Shown: positions 29,145-39,040 of the stretch, one piece after another
Layout of the letters: each line of letters begins with the position of its first letter
Numbering within the stretch: position 1 is the first letter of the stretch
DNA from: Candidatus Daviesbacteria bacterium GW2011_GWA1_41_61
GTDB lineage: Bacteria > Patescibacteriota > Microgenomatia > Daviesbacterales > UBA10151
DNA length: 64,000 bases
NCBI GenBank assembly: GCA_000997385.1
Contig: LCBT01000001.1
Coordinates: forward strand, 243,663-307,662
Reading direction: 5' to 3'
Program-made: the position numbers and the translations under genes
Notes under the pieces: generated by a model
Database searches by the model: none
What the model saw: the letters and a program-made list of their open reading frames with translations, nothing else
What the model was told of the DNA's origin: nothing

Positions 29145-31898
29145 CTAACACATTGAATAACCACAGCTGTGGCACTTTTTGCACCCCTCCTCAAAGACAA
29201 AGGTGGCTTGGCCGCAGTCCGGACAAAGGTCAGCTATCTGTTTTATAGGCTTAGATAAACCCTCCCCCAACTCAACTGAAAAAGGCAAGCTCTGTGGTTG
29301 AATATCAGCCTGTCCGTCAGAGACCAAATCAAGAGGCAGGGTTTCTGGTCTCTCTTCCTCTCCTCTTGTCTGCAAATGAGCTAACTCTTCAGCTAAGGCT
29401 TTAGCGATAGCATCAGCCAAACTCATCACCCTCTCCTTACCAAAACCTATCTGAGACGCTCCACCAATCCCCCGCAGTTGACTGACAATTTTTTGAGCAA
29501 TCGTCCGGGAGTTAGGGCGGGAAACCCGCAACGCCAAAGAAATCATCCTTCCTAAGGCTTCAGCATCTGCCGAAGTATGCATTCCTGCCTTACCAATGGT
29601 CACAAAAACTTCAAAAGGGTGGTCTTTGTCATCTCTGTTGATAGTCACAAAAGCTTCACCTACCGGAGTATTTATCTTATAAGTCCTGCCCCGTAAAATC
29701 ATCGGCCTCTGGCTTATTGTACCCTGTGTTTCTAGTGCTGGTGTTTCTACCGATAACTCAGACAATTTAACACCGCCTCCCCCCGATAACTGATCGTAGT
29801 AAGATTTATCTTTTTTGACCTCAAGAATCTGCTTTTTCCTTGAACCGTCCCGGTAGATGGTTATTCCCTTACAACCCGTTTCATAAACCATCATATAAGC
29901 GTTTCTTACGTCATCTATCGTCGCCTCATGGGCAAAGTTGATGGTTTTGGAGATAGCGTTATCCACATGCTTTTGAAAAGCCGCCTGAACTTTAATATGC
30001 CACTGGGGGGCAATATCATGCGCTACCACAAAAACTTGCTGCCACTTTAAAGGCACCTCTGTCAAACCTTGAACAGACCCATGATTCTGTTCAATCTTTT
30101 CTAACAATTCTTCTGAGTAAAAACCCTCTTCCTGAGCTACTTTTAGAAAGAAAAGATTAGTATTAAATAGCCTTTTACCTTCAATGGTATTTTTGGCATA
30201 AGAGATACCAAAGTAGGGTTCAATACCCGAGGAGCAATCAGCCAACATAGCAGTAGTCCCGGTTGGAGCAATGGTGGTGATGGCGCCATTTCTTAACCTT
30301 AAGGCTTCTCCCCGAAAATAGGGACTATGAGGATCATAAATAGACCCCTCCCAAGAGAGGAAAACACCCCTTGTTTTAGCAAGCTCCTGACTAGCTATTT
30401 TAGCTTGTTGTTGAATATACTCCATCACACTATCTGCTATTTTTAACCCTTCTTCTGTGTTATAACCAATTTGCAGTTGGACCAACATATCTGCCCAACC
30501 CATCACTCCCAAACCGATCCTCCTGATTTTTCTTGTCATCTCATTGATAGCGGAAATGGGATATCTGTTCATATCCAAAACGTTGTCTAAAAAATGAGTA
30601 ACGGCTTGAACCGTCTCCCCAAGCCCTTCCCAATCAATCACTCCTTCACGCACAAATTTACCCACATTGACTGCCCCCAAAGTACAAGCATCATAGGGTA
30701 AAAGCGGCTGTTCCCCGCAAGGATTGGTCGCCTCAATCATCCCCAAGCCAGGAGTAGGATTGGCATTAGAGTTATTAATTCTATCAATAATAATCATCCC
30801 TGGATCACCGTAATGCCAAGCCAACTGAGTGATGAGCAGAAAAACTTTTTTAGCGTTTAGACGGTCGGTTACCTTTCCAGTTCGAGGGTTAATCAACTCA
30901 TAACCCTCATCTTCCTCTGTCGCTCTCACTAAGTCGTACAACATCTTCACACCGTCTTCGACTTTTTTTAATTTTAAGTCAACATCACGGATCGCTTGAG
31001 CTGCCTTTATCTGGTCAATAACCTCTTCCCAAGCAGGTTCTGTTTCGACATACGCACTATCTTTTTTAATTTGCTTCATCCAGTCTTCGGTCACCGACAC
31101 AGAAATATTAAAGTTAGTCAGGGAAAATTCATCAACTTTCATCACCGCAAAGCGCAAGATGTCAGGATGGGTAATATGAATTATCCCCATATTGGCCCCA
31201 CGCCGTACTCCTCCTTGCTTCACCTGTGAAGTTACATCGTTATATGCTTGCAAAAAGGAAATTGGACCCACGGTAGTACCGCCGGAAGAGTTGATGATAT
31301 CACCATATGGACGGAGTCTGGAAAAAGAAAATCCGGTACCACCCCCCGATTTATGAATCATCACCATATCCACCAGAGTTTGAGCTATTGATCTCATATC
31401 ATCTTCTATAGGTAAAACAAAACAAGCCGAGAGTTGCTGCATTAATTTACCAGCATTTAACATGGTAGGAGTATTGGGGATAAACTTCTGCAAGGCCATG
31501 ATGTGGTAAAACTGCTTGGCATAGGAGATCATCTGCTCCTTGTTGGGATTAAACTGCAAGTCGGCAGCAGCAATATTGTAAGCTACCCGCCAAAACATCT
31601 CTTTAGCAGATTCAATCGGCTCGCTTTGATCATTTCTTCTGGCATACCTAGTCTTGCCAATATAAAGAGCAGTTTCCGAAAGCTGAGGCTCAGGAAGATC
31701 CTCTAAAACAGCGGGAATATCTTTTCCTATTTCCCAAACTTGTTCCCGGCTATAAAGGGCTGGTTTAGAATGAAGACCGTTGTGTTTAACACCGTTACCC
31801 TTTCCGTCACCTCGAATTTTAGCAGATCCTTGGGTACTTGGGGATATTTGTAAATTAGTACTGGTATTTTGCTGAACTTTTTTAGTAGATGTTCTCAT
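29145..31898 (-). CDS. nrdJ: Adenosylcobalamin-dependent class II ribonucleotide reductase with C-terminal TSCPD/Zn-ribbon
   Basis: PNTPTMLNAG, QLSACFV, GGGTGFSFS.LRP, QGGVRRGANM, TNPCGEQPL, IAPTGT, KGITIYRDGSR, C-terminal CPDCG..EEGCKKCHSCGYSMC; an alternative TTG start at 31913 overlaps nrdR. Confidence 0.95.
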   Translation of the reverse strand: MRTSTKKVQQNTSTNLQISPSTQGSAKIRGDGKGNGVKHNGLHSKPALYSREQVWEIGKDIPAVLEDLPEPQLSETALYIGKTRYARRNDQSEPIESAKEMFWRVAYNIAAADLQFNPNKEQMISYAKQFYHIMALQKFIPNTPTMLNAGKLMQQLSACFVLPIEDDMRSIAQTLVDMVMIHKSGGGTGFSFSRLRPYGDIINSSGGTTVGPISFLQAYNDVTSQVKQGGVRRGANMGIIHITHPDILRFAVMKVDEFSLTNFNISVSVTEDWMKQIKKDSAYVETEPAWEEVIDQIKAAQAIRDVDLKLKKVEDGVKMLYDLVRATEEDEGYELINPRTGKVTDRLNAKKVFLLITQLAWHYGDPGMIIIDRINNSNANPTPGLGMIEATNPCGEQPLLPYDACTLGAVNVGKFVREGVIDWEGLGETVQAVTHFLDNVLDMNRYPISAINEMTRKIRRIGLGVMGWADMLVQLQIGYNTEEGLKIADSVMEYIQQQAKIASQELAKTRGVFLSWEGSIYDPHSPYFRGEALRLRNGAITTIAPTGTTAMLADCSSGIEPYFGISYAKNTIEGKRLFNTNLFFLKVAQEEGFYSEELLEKIEQNHGSVQGLTEVPLKWQQVFVVAHDIAPQWHIKVQAAFQKHVDNAISKTINFAHEATIDDVRNAYMMVYETGCKGITIYRDGSRKKQILEVKKDKSYYDQLSGGGGVKLSELSVETPALETQGTISQRPMILRGRTYKINTPVGEAFVTINRDDKDHPFEVFVTIGKAGMHTSADAEALGRMISLALRVSRPNSRTIAQKIVSQLRGIGGASQIGFGKERVMSLADAIAKALAEELAHLQTRGEEERPETLPLDLVSDGQADIQPQSLPFSVELGEGLSKPIKQIADLCPDCGQATFVFEEGCKKCHSCGYSMC

Positions 31899-31909
31899 AT
31901 ACAAACCTT

Positions 31910-32356
31910 TCAACTTACCAAAGACCTAACCTCTTTGGTAAAATCTTCTGGTTGTTCAAATTGGCGGTAGACGCTGGCAAAACGCAGATAAGCCACCATA
32001 TCCAGCTTCTTAAGCTCTGAAAGCACCATCCGTCCAATACTTTTAGTTGTCACTTCCTGGCCTCTTTTGGCCCTAATCTTTCTTTCTATTTTATTGGTTA
32101 AATCATCAACCAAACTCAAACTTGGCCTTTTCTCTAAAGCCTTAGCCAGTCCGGCCCTAATTTTTTCTTTATTGAAAGGTTCTCTTCTCCCATCCTTTTT
32201 AATGACTAAAAACTCTAAATTGCCTATCCTTTCATAAGTAGTAAAACGCCGGCTGCACTTTAAACATTCACGCCTTCGCCTGATCTCACCTAAGCCTTTA
32301 ACGGCTCTTTTATCCACTACTTTATTTAAGGGGCTATCACAAAAAGGACACCTCAT
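31910..32356 (-). CDS. nrdR: Transcriptional repressor NrdR
   Basis: MRCPFC..VVDKR..IRRRRECLKC..RFTTYE, ATP cone VIKKDGRRE, VAYLRFASVY. Confidence 0.97.
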   Translation of the reverse strand: MRCPFCDSPLNKVVDKRAVKGLGEIRRRRECLKCSRRFTTYERIGNLEFLVIKKDGRREPFNKEKIRAGLAKALEKRPSLSLVDDLTNKIERKIRAKRGQEVTTKSIGRMVLSELKKLDMVAYLRFASVYRQFEQPEDFTKEVRSLVS

Positions 32357-32366
32357 CTCCTATCAT

Positions 32367-32458
32367 ATACAATCTCTTGTATGATGCTCACTCAGTTAAA
32401 CAACATACATAGCTTAACATGTTTCATAGGTGAGTCGTCAAGACACTATATATTGGAT
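32367..32458. promoter_or_regulatory. NrdR boxes upstream of nrdR-nrdJ-cobO
   Basis: ATACAATCTCTTGTAT (32367-32382) and ACACTATATATTGGAT (32443-32458) match the consensus acaCwAtATaTwGtg. Confidence 0.6.
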
Positions 32459-33150
32459 AAACTGCCAATACTTACTTTCCTCATTACATCCCCAACCTCA
32501 ATTTTTTCCACCACCTCCATACCGGAAATAACCTTACCAAAAATGGTGTATTGAGGAGGCAGAGGCTTGTCTTCCAACATAATAAAAAACTGCGAGCCAT
32601 TGGTGTTGGGTCCAGCATTAGCCATGGCTACTATACCTTTGGAGTACGGCTTAGTTACCGGTTCATCCTCAAACCTATATCCTGGTCCCCCTGTCCCATT
32701 TCCCAAAGGATCCCCTCCTTGAATAACAAATCTCGGTTCCACCCGGTGAAAGGTCAAGCCGTTATAAAAACCGTCTTCAATCAAAAAAATAAAGTTGGAG
32801 GCAGCTTTGGGAGAGTCAGTAAAGATTTCAAACTCAATCATTCCCTTGTCAGTTTCAATAACAGCCTTTTTATTGTTTAGCCTCTCCAAAGATAAAACCC
32901 CGGGAAATTGTTGATATTGCTTAATCATCTTTCTAGTTGGCGATAAATCCTCAGCTGGTATTGGCTGATTGTCAGCCGCGTTTCTTCCTGGGTTAAATTG
33001 TTTCTCTCCTCCTTTTATACGTAAATCTTCTTGAGCAGGAGTAGGTGAAGGATCCATTTTGACGCTTTCTTTAAAAGCGCTTACTCCCGCCCATCCTAAA
33101 CCCGCTATAATTATACCCACAAAGATAACTATGAAGGGCCTTTGGTTCAT
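32446..33150 (-). CDS. Membrane-anchored cyclophilin-type peptidyl-prolyl isomerase
   Basis: N-terminal TM; FYNGLTFHRV, IQGGDP.G.GTGGPGY, MANAGPNTNGSQFFI, YTIFGKV. Confidence 0.93.
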   Translation of the reverse strand: MNQRPFIVIFVGIIIAGLGWAGVSAFKESVKMDPSPTPAQEDLRIKGGEKQFNPGRNAADNQPIPAEDLSPTRKMIKQYQQFPGVLSLERLNNKKAVIETDKGMIEFEIFTDSPKAASNFIFLIEDGFYNGLTFHRVEPRFVIQGGDPLGNGTGGPGYRFEDEPVTKPYSKGIVAMANAGPNTNGSQFFIMLEDKPLPPQYTIFGKVISGMEVVEKIEVGDVMRKVSIGSLSNI

Positions 33151-33269
33151 CAGTCTTAATATATACCACATAAATAAAACACACTGCAACCTCTTGCCAA
33201 TTTCTTACCGTCTTTTCACTGTTATTTGAGCTCGGATAGTTACTATAAACCTTCAAAGGGGGTGAGAAT

Positions 33270-33398
33270 ATGGCAAGAAAAGGTCGGAGTGGAAGCCGTG
33301 ATAAAAAACAGCAGAGGGAAAGGTCTACTAAAGAAAAAAGTAGAGATAAATCCGGGAAGATAAACCAAACTCTCAAGGATTGGATGGACCTTGGGTAA
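33270..33398 (+). CDS. Putative 42-aa basic small protein (not in ORF track)
   Basis: AAGGGGGTGA RBS then ATG 33270; MARKGRSGSRDKKQQRERSTKEKSRDKSGKINQTLKDWMDLG*; fills the gap between two minus-strand genes. Confidence 0.5.
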   Translation: MARKGRSGSRDKKQQRERSTKEKSRDKSGKINQTLKDWMDLG

Positions 33399-33403
33399 AC
33401 AAT

Positions 33404-34339
33404 CTAGTTACCAGCTCCCAGTTTAGCAAAGGAATAGTCCAAAAGAAGTTTAGCTTCGGCTCTTCTGTCCTGAGAATTTAACAGCACACCTAAAATTTGC
33501 TGTCCCTGCCTTCTTGCTAAAGTTACCAGGGTTAGACCAGCCAAGGGTGTATAGCCTGTTTTAAGACCCAGCACACCGGGATAAGTAGTCAGTAAGTTAA
33601 TCCCGGAGTAAAGATCATAATCTTGATGGGTGGAAGTTTTAGGGATATAGCGGTGGTAAGTGCTGGAGATCTCCACTAAAGAGGGAAATTGCTTGATGGC
33701 ATAGCGGCTCATCAAGGCCACATCAAAAGCTGTGGAATACTGCTCTTTGTCATCTTCCTCAAGACCGGAAGGATTTATAAAAAGCGTGTCTTTCATCCCC
33801 AGCTGAAGAGTTTTTTTATTCATAGCCGGGATAAATTCATCCCGGTTACCCAAAACACCTTCAGCCAAAGCTTCAGATGCATCATTCCCGGAAACTAAAA
33901 ACATCCCATACAATAGCTCTTCCACTGCCAATATCTCTCCCTGCCGAAGATCCATTCTATCCGGCTCCATCCCGGCTGCATAAGGGCTGACTGTTATCTC
34001 CTCATCAAAGGAAGTATTTTCCAAGGCAACAATGGCTGTCATAATCTTTACCAGCGAGGCAATGGGGAGTTTCTGATGGGAATTTTTTTGATAAAGCACC
34101 TCCCCGTTTTCCGTATCGACAAAATAGGCCGCTTGAGCAGTAATCTCAGGGAGATCATCTTCTTGAGAGGTAGCTGAAGCTTTAGGAAACCATAAATTTA
34201 AGGCCATCCGGGGAGTAAAAGAGAGCGGAGAAACTAAACTGCCGCTAGGCTGCAAAACAAACGGTAGGTGGATCATTAAAACCATGAATCCCACAACAGA
34301 AACAGTTAAAAGAATCTTTTTAAACATAACTTTAAACAT
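33404..34339 (-). CDS. D-alanyl-D-alanine carboxypeptidase (peptidase S11)
   Basis: PIASLVK (SxxK), SGN (SxN), KTG motifs; N-terminal TM. Confidence 0.92.
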   Translation of the reverse strand: MFKVMFKKILLTVSVVGFMVLMIHLPFVLQPSGSLVSPLSFTPRMALNLWFPKASATSQEDDLPEITAQAAYFVDTENGEVLYQKNSHQKLPIASLVKIMTAIVALENTSFDEEITVSPYAAGMEPDRMDLRQGEILAVEELLYGMFLVSGNDASEALAEGVLGNRDEFIPAMNKKTLQLGMKDTLFINPSGLEEDDKEQYSTAFDVALMSRYAIKQFPSLVEISSTYHRYIPKTSTHQDYDLYSGINLLTTYPGVLGLKTGYTPLAGLTLVTLARRQGQQILGVLLNSQDRRAEAKLLLDYSFAKLGAGN

Positions 34340-34417
34340 AACCAGGATGAGTTGGTAAAAATATAGCATAATCCTGCCGTCTTGACTAACTAAAGCAATA
34401 ACTCCACAATTTAGGTG

Positions 34418-35125
34418 ATGCCCAAGCTTCTGCCCGTTCTTTTAGCTATAGCAGTATTTTTAACTGCGGTTTACTTTTCTCTACCGTTTAGCCGAGAGAT
34501 TGTCTACAAGCTGGGTATAGACAACGACCCAACTACTTCCTGTTGTCAGGAAGAAGAAATTTTACAAGCCAGCGGGGAGTTTGATGAAGAGGCTAATTTA
34601 GCCATCTTTAATAATCAGATTATAGATTATCCTAAAACTTCTTTAGCCCAAAGCCTGCTTATCCCTTCTTATGCTAAAACAGATGTTTTAGGGACCAAAA
34701 ATGAGGCAGGGGAAGACAAATGGATCGAGGTTTCTTTAAGAGAACAGAAACTGCGGGCTTGGGAAGGGAGTAGAATAGTCAGGGAATTTCTTATCTCCTC
34801 CGGGAAATGGGCTCCTACCCCAGAAGGGGATTATGCTATTTGGTATAAAACCAGAAACCAAACTATGAAAGGGGGGTCAAAGGAGTTAGGCACTTATTAT
34901 TACCTGCCCAATGTTCCCTACAATATGTTTTTCTATAAAGGTTATGCTGTCCATGGGGCTTACTGGCACAACAACTTTGGGCAACCGATGAGTCATGGGT
35001 GTGTTAACTCCCCCATCTCAGAGGTAGCCTGGGTCTTTGATTGGTCAGGCCCGGTAGTTCCTCCAGGGAAAAATTATGTTAAAGCCTCAGCAGAAAACCC
35101 CGGCACCAGGGTTTTTATCCACTAA
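34418..35125 (+). CDS. L,D-transpeptidase (YkuD family)
   Basis: WIEVSLREQ.L, ISSG..PTPEG, AVHGAYW..FG.PMSHGCVN; preceded by TTGACT-17 bp-CACAAT. Confidence 0.92.
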   Translation: MPKLLPVLLAIAVFLTAVYFSLPFSREIVYKLGIDNDPTTSCCQEEEILQASGEFDEEANLAIFNNQIIDYPKTSLAQSLLIPSYAKTDVLGTKNEAGEDKWIEVSLREQKLRAWEGSRIVREFLISSGKWAPTPEGDYAIWYKTRNQTMKGGSKELGTYYYLPNVPYNMFFYKGYAVHGAYWHNNFGQPMSHGCVNSPISEVAWVFDWSGPVVPPGKNYVKASAENPGTRVFIH

Positions 35126-35127
35126 AC

Positions 35128-35784
35128 TTACTCCTCTAACTGGGCGTCGAGTTTGGATTTGAAATCATCATAGGGTAAAACCCCGGGGTATCTTTGATCA
35201 TTGATAAAAAAAGTGGGGGTAGAGTTAACTTGTAAGGTTAGCCCATCCTGTCTGTCTCTTTCAATCTTAGTATTATACTTACCACTTTCTATATCAGCTT
35301 TAAATTTGTCTGTATCTAACCCTAAATCTTTGGCATATCCTACAAACAACTCTGGGGCATTATCTTTACCGCTCCACTCCTCTTGAGTAGTAAAAAGCCT
35401 ATCCTGCATCTCCCAAAATTTCCCCTGTTCCCCGGCTGCTTCAGCTGCCTTAATAGCAATTAAAGCTTTAGTGTGTTGAGGAAGTGGGAAATGACGATAG
35501 ACAAACCTGATCCTGCCTTTGTACTCCTCCAAAATCTTTTTGGTAATAGGATGGGCAGCGGCACAAGCTGGACACTCCAAATCGGAAAACTCTACCACTG
35601 TGACTTTGGCCGAGTCAGAGGAAATTTGATAGCTGTCATCTTTATTTAAAGCTCCTAAAACATTACTATCGACCTGGGTTTTAGTAGCCGGGGAAGAGGA
35701 TTTGCCCAAAAAGAAAATACCGCCCACAGTCAAGATAGCAGTGACTCCAAAAATAACTAAAAGGATCTTGATTTCTTGTGTCAT
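35128..35784 (-). CDS. DsbA/BdbD-like thiol-disulfide oxidoreductase
   Basis: EFSDLECPAC, YRHFPL, AAEAA..QGKFWEM, cis-Pro TPTFFIN; N-terminal TM. Confidence 0.92.
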   Translation of the reverse strand: MTQEIKILLVIFGVTAILTVGGIFFLGKSSSPATKTQVDSNVLGALNKDDSYQISSDSAKVTVVEFSDLECPACAAAHPITKKILEEYKGRIRFVYRHFPLPQHTKALIAIKAAEAAGEQGKFWEMQDRLFTTQEEWSGKDNAPELFVGYAKDLGLDTDKFKADIESGKYNTKIERDRQDGLTLQVNSTPTFFINDQRYPGVLPYDDFKSKLDAQLEE

Positions 35785-36206
35785 CTTTTTGAATTTAGCC
35801 TAGTATATAATATCACAAAACCTATAATAAATGCAAATGACAGGAGGGACAAAAAGGGAAAATCAATAAACCCTAGTAAATTCAAATACCGAGTAGTACA
35901 AGAAACTCCAAAAGTACAAGGAGTAGCGCTTTCAGGAATAAAACCTGCCTGAAGTAAGACCTGATAAAAAGCTACCAAAGCTCCGAAGATAGCTAAAGGA
36001 AAAACATACAAAGGTAAATTTTTGTCTTTCTTTAAGATGCCTACGATAAGTATAGGGATTAAAGGATACATGGCTACTCTTTGATACCAACACAAAACAC
36101 AAGGGGCAAACTTTAACACCTCGCTGGCATAAAGGCTGCCTAAAGTTGCCATTAAAGCCTGGATCAATGCCAGATAAAGGAGATTTTGCCTCAGCCACTT
36201 TTTCAT
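35781..36206 (-). CDS. Disulfide bond formation protein DsbB/BdbC
   Basis: GSLY.SE...PCVLCWYQR, second Cys pair PC..GVSC; 4 TM. Confidence 0.92.
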   Translation of the reverse strand: MKKWLRQNLLYLALIQALMATLGSLYASEVLKFAPCVLCWYQRVAMYPLIPILIVGILKKDKNLPLYVFPLAIFGALVAFYQVLLQAGFIPESATPCTFGVSCTTRYLNLLGFIDFPFLSLLSFAFIIGFVILYTRLNSKR

Positions 36207-36209
36207 AGA

Positions 36210-37184
36210 TCAAAGGATAATTGTCGCAACTGTAAAGTAAATCGTCAAGCTGACTAAATATTGGATAGCGGTAGTAAAAGGTCCGCTGCCAACCGCCGGA
36301 TCTTTACCTAACCTATTTAAAACAGTTGGAATGACACAGGCTAAGGTGGTAGCAAAGCTGATGGAGAGAAACAATGACAGTCCTACCACTAAAGCCACAG
36401 AAGATGACTGAGACAGAAGATAGGCAAAAACAGCGCTTAACAACCCTATGATAGAGCCAATCACCCCACCTACAAAAAGTTCTCGAAACAAATAGTTTAA
36501 AATTTTAAATCTGAGTAAAGTAAGTGAACGGATAAAAATTGTCTCCGTTTGAGTACCTACCGCATCAGAAATATACCCAATAATAGGAATAAAGAATACC
36601 AGGGCAATGTTTTCCCTTAAAGATACCTCAAAAAGGCTGATTACAAAACTGGCAGTCAGACCAATCGCCAGTCCTACCACCAGCCAGGGTATTCTCACTT
36701 TAACCAAATTCCAAATCCCTAAATTCATCAAATTAGCTAGGGAAAAACCTTTTCCTCTGATACCGGAAAAACGCAGGAAATCTTCCAGGTGTTCTGAGTG
36801 TAAAACATCAATAATTTTTTGGGCAGTAATCACTCCATAAAAATGATGATGTTTGTCAACCACCGGAATAGACTGAAGATCATTTTTAACAGCTTCGGCC
36901 GCTACCCGCTCTTGATCAACCTCAGGGTCAACTATTGCCTTAGGTCTCTCCATCAGCAAGCTCAAAATCTGATGTCCTCTAGCTGACAGCAGCTTAGATA
37001 AAGGAATTATCCCCAGAAGGTGGCCCTCCTCAGACAGAACATAAATAATATGAACTTCATCCCAATCCTTTTGAGCCAGATGTTTTAATACTTCAGCAAC
37101 ATGGGAATCACCTCTGGCTATAGGAATATTGGTAGTAACCAGTAAGCCAGCTGTTTCTTTTGCAAAGTTAATCAATTTATCCAT
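36210..37184 (-). CDS. mgtE: MgtE-family magnesium transporter (CBS pair plus MgtE membrane domain)
   Basis: CBS pair, RIPWL, FFIP...DAVGTQ, REL..G, LGKDPAVGSGPFTT. Confidence 0.85.
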   Translation of the reverse strand: MDKLINFAKETAGLLVTTNIPIARGDSHVAEVLKHLAQKDWDEVHIIYVLSEEGHLLGIIPLSKLLSARGHQILSLLMERPKAIVDPEVDQERVAAEAVKNDLQSIPVVDKHHHFYGVITAQKIIDVLHSEHLEDFLRFSGIRGKGFSLANLMNLGIWNLVKVRIPWLVVGLAIGLTASFVISLFEVSLRENIALVFFIPIIGYISDAVGTQTETIFIRSLTLLRFKILNYLFRELFVGGVIGSIIGLLSAVFAYLLSQSSSVALVVGLSLFLSISFATTLACVIPTVLNRLGKDPAVGSGPFTTAIQYLVSLTIYFTVATIIL

Positions 37185-37187
37185 ACA

Positions 37188-38051
37188 TTAAATTTTGTTC
37201 ACTGAGCCAAAAACCTCTATCTTATGTTCGACAACTTTTTGCACCTCTGCTACTACCGGGCCCTCCAGCTTATATATTGCATATTCAGAAGGATTATTCT
37301 TTAAAACCTCTTCTAATTTATGACGGAAAGCCTGACGGATTTCAGTATTAACATTGACTTTAATAACTCCCCGCGCTATAGCATCTTTCACCTGTTCATC
37401 AGGGATTCCTGAACCTCCATGAAGAGAGAAAAAGGTTTTGGGTAAAATACCGGCTAAACTTTCTAAAACAGCCAGATGTAAGTTTTCTCCTCCCTCTTCA
37501 AAGACCCCATGGACATTACCAAAAAAGGCTGCCAAAACATCCGCTCCTGTCAGCTCAATAAACTCTCTGGCTTTCCCGGGATCAGTAAATTTACTGCCTT
37601 TCATCTCTTCTTGTGCAGAACCACTATGGACCTCGGAAGAACCAACTATATGATCCATTTCTACCTCTACTACCAGACCTTTTTGATGAGCCAGCTCCGT
37701 TATCTTTTGAGCCAGTTGTAAATTTTCTTCATAGGGAAGATTGGAGCCGTCAAAATGAATCAAATCAAAACCTAAATCTATAGCCTGTTGGCAATCTACA
37801 AAACTCTCAGCATGATCTAAATTAACCAGAATTGGTATCTCATACATTAAAGAAAAGTTGTGGGCTAAATCGACTACATTTTTCATCCCCAGCCAGGAAG
37901 TTTCCCCGGGGGAAACTTCAATAATCACCGGGGATCTTTTTTTTGAGGCAGCCTGGGCAATAGCTTTAAAGGTTTCAATACTGCCTACATTAAAGGCCCC
38001 TAAAGCCCACTTCTCCTCTTTGGCTTTTTGCAACCACTCCCAGGCAGTCAT
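37188..38051 (-). CDS. fba: Class II fructose-bisphosphate aldolase
   Basis: ALGAFN, LDHA, DGS, E.E, GNVHG, LHGGSG, KVNVNTE. Confidence 0.9.
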   Translation of the reverse strand: MTAWEWLQKAKEEKWALGAFNVGSIETFKAIAQAASKKRSPVIIEVSPGETSWLGMKNVVDLAHNFSLMYEIPILVNLDHAESFVDCQQAIDLGFDLIHFDGSNLPYEENLQLAQKITELAHQKGLVVEVEMDHIVGSSEVHSGSAQEEMKGSKFTDPGKAREFIELTGADVLAAFFGNVHGVFEEGGENLHLAVLESLAGILPKTFFSLHGGSGIPDEQVKDAIARGVIKVNVNTEIRQAFRHKLEEVLKNNPSEYAIYKLEGPVVAEVQKVVEHKIEVFGSVNKI

Positions 38052-38054
38052 AAA

Positions 38055-39035
38055 TTACTTCAGCTCCCTTGGTGTAATTTTGGAGTTTTCTTTTAATTTC
38101 TTCTGCAGTATATCGTAAGTCAAAAGTCCTGTCTGAGGACCAATTTGTTCCACAACTGATGCCCCGTTAGCTGCTCCCCACCTCATCGCTTCCTTTAGAT
38201 CCTTACCATAAAAAAGCCCTGCCAGAACTCCGGTAGCGAAAGAGTCGCCCGCTCCTGTCATATCCACAAGCTTGGCCGGAAAAATTTCCAATTTATAGTA
38301 CTCTTCCCCATCATACCCATAAGATCCTTCTACTCCATCAGTTACAACTAACATTTTAGGTCCCAGTTCCAATAAGGATTTAAGTAATTTTTTCATTTCC
38401 ACCCGCTTTCCGCTTTCTATCTTTAAAATCAACTCTGCCTCTTCTTTGTTAACAATTAAAAGTTTTGTCAAAGACAGTAGCCGAGGGAATTTTTTAATTC
38501 CATGCTGAAGTTCAAAAGTTCCCGGATTAAACATCAAAGCAGCTCCTGTTCTTTCCAAATAATTTTCTACCTGGGGAAAAAAGTTACTCTCCGATGCAGA
38601 CCTTCCCATAGAACTCAGATAAATCCAGCGGGATTTATCTAAATCCGGCAACTGATATTTAAAATCCTGATGGTAAGTTAATATTGTCCTTTCTCCGCGA
38701 AAACTGATTAAGGCTGAAACATTTGAATCCACACCTTCATTGACTACCACATATCTACTATCTACACCTTCTTCTTTTAACTCAGCCAAAATAAATTTGC
38801 CAGCCAAATCTGACCCAATATTTAAATAAATTGCAACTTTCAAGCCCAACCTCTTGGCTCCTACGGCATTATTGGAATTGTTGCCTCCCAAAATCTGGCG
38901 GTACTGCTCAACCGGCAGTTTATCCCCAAACTTAAGGCATAACTGCTCTCCGCTCTTCTCTTGCTCTAAATGGGCGTCACGGATTTTAAAGAAATGGTCA
39001 ACTGCAGCATCACCAATGGAGATTAAATCAAACAT
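38055..39035 (-). CDS. PfkB-family carbohydrate kinase
   Basis: GGNNSNNAVG..RLG, NPG, NKEE, VTDG..GS, DMTGAGDSF. Confidence 0.92.
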   Translation of the reverse strand: MFDLISIGDAAVDHFFKIRDAHLEQEKSGEQLCLKFGDKLPVEQYRQILGGNNSNNAVGAKRLGLKVAIYLNIGSDLAGKFILAELKEEGVDSRYVVVNEGVDSNVSALISFRGERTILTYHQDFKYQLPDLDKSRWIYLSSMGRSASESNFFPQVENYLERTGAALMFNPGTFELQHGIKKFPRLLSLTKLLIVNKEEAELILKIESGKRVEMKKLLKSLLELGPKMLVVTDGVEGSYGYDGEEYYKLEIFPAKLVDMTGAGDSFATGVLAGLFYGKDLKEAMRWGAANGASVVEQIGPQTGLLTYDILQKKLKENSKITPRELK

Positions 39036-39040
39036 TAAAC

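Noticed and set aside
29145-31898. Intein or intron in nrdJ
   Set aside because: The frame is continuous, and the short insertion lacks Cys/Ser start and His-Asn end motifs.
33071-33376. 101-aa minus-strand ORF
   Set aside because: Overlaps the cyclophilin start and is antisense to the RBS-bearing 42-aa ORF, which is better supported.
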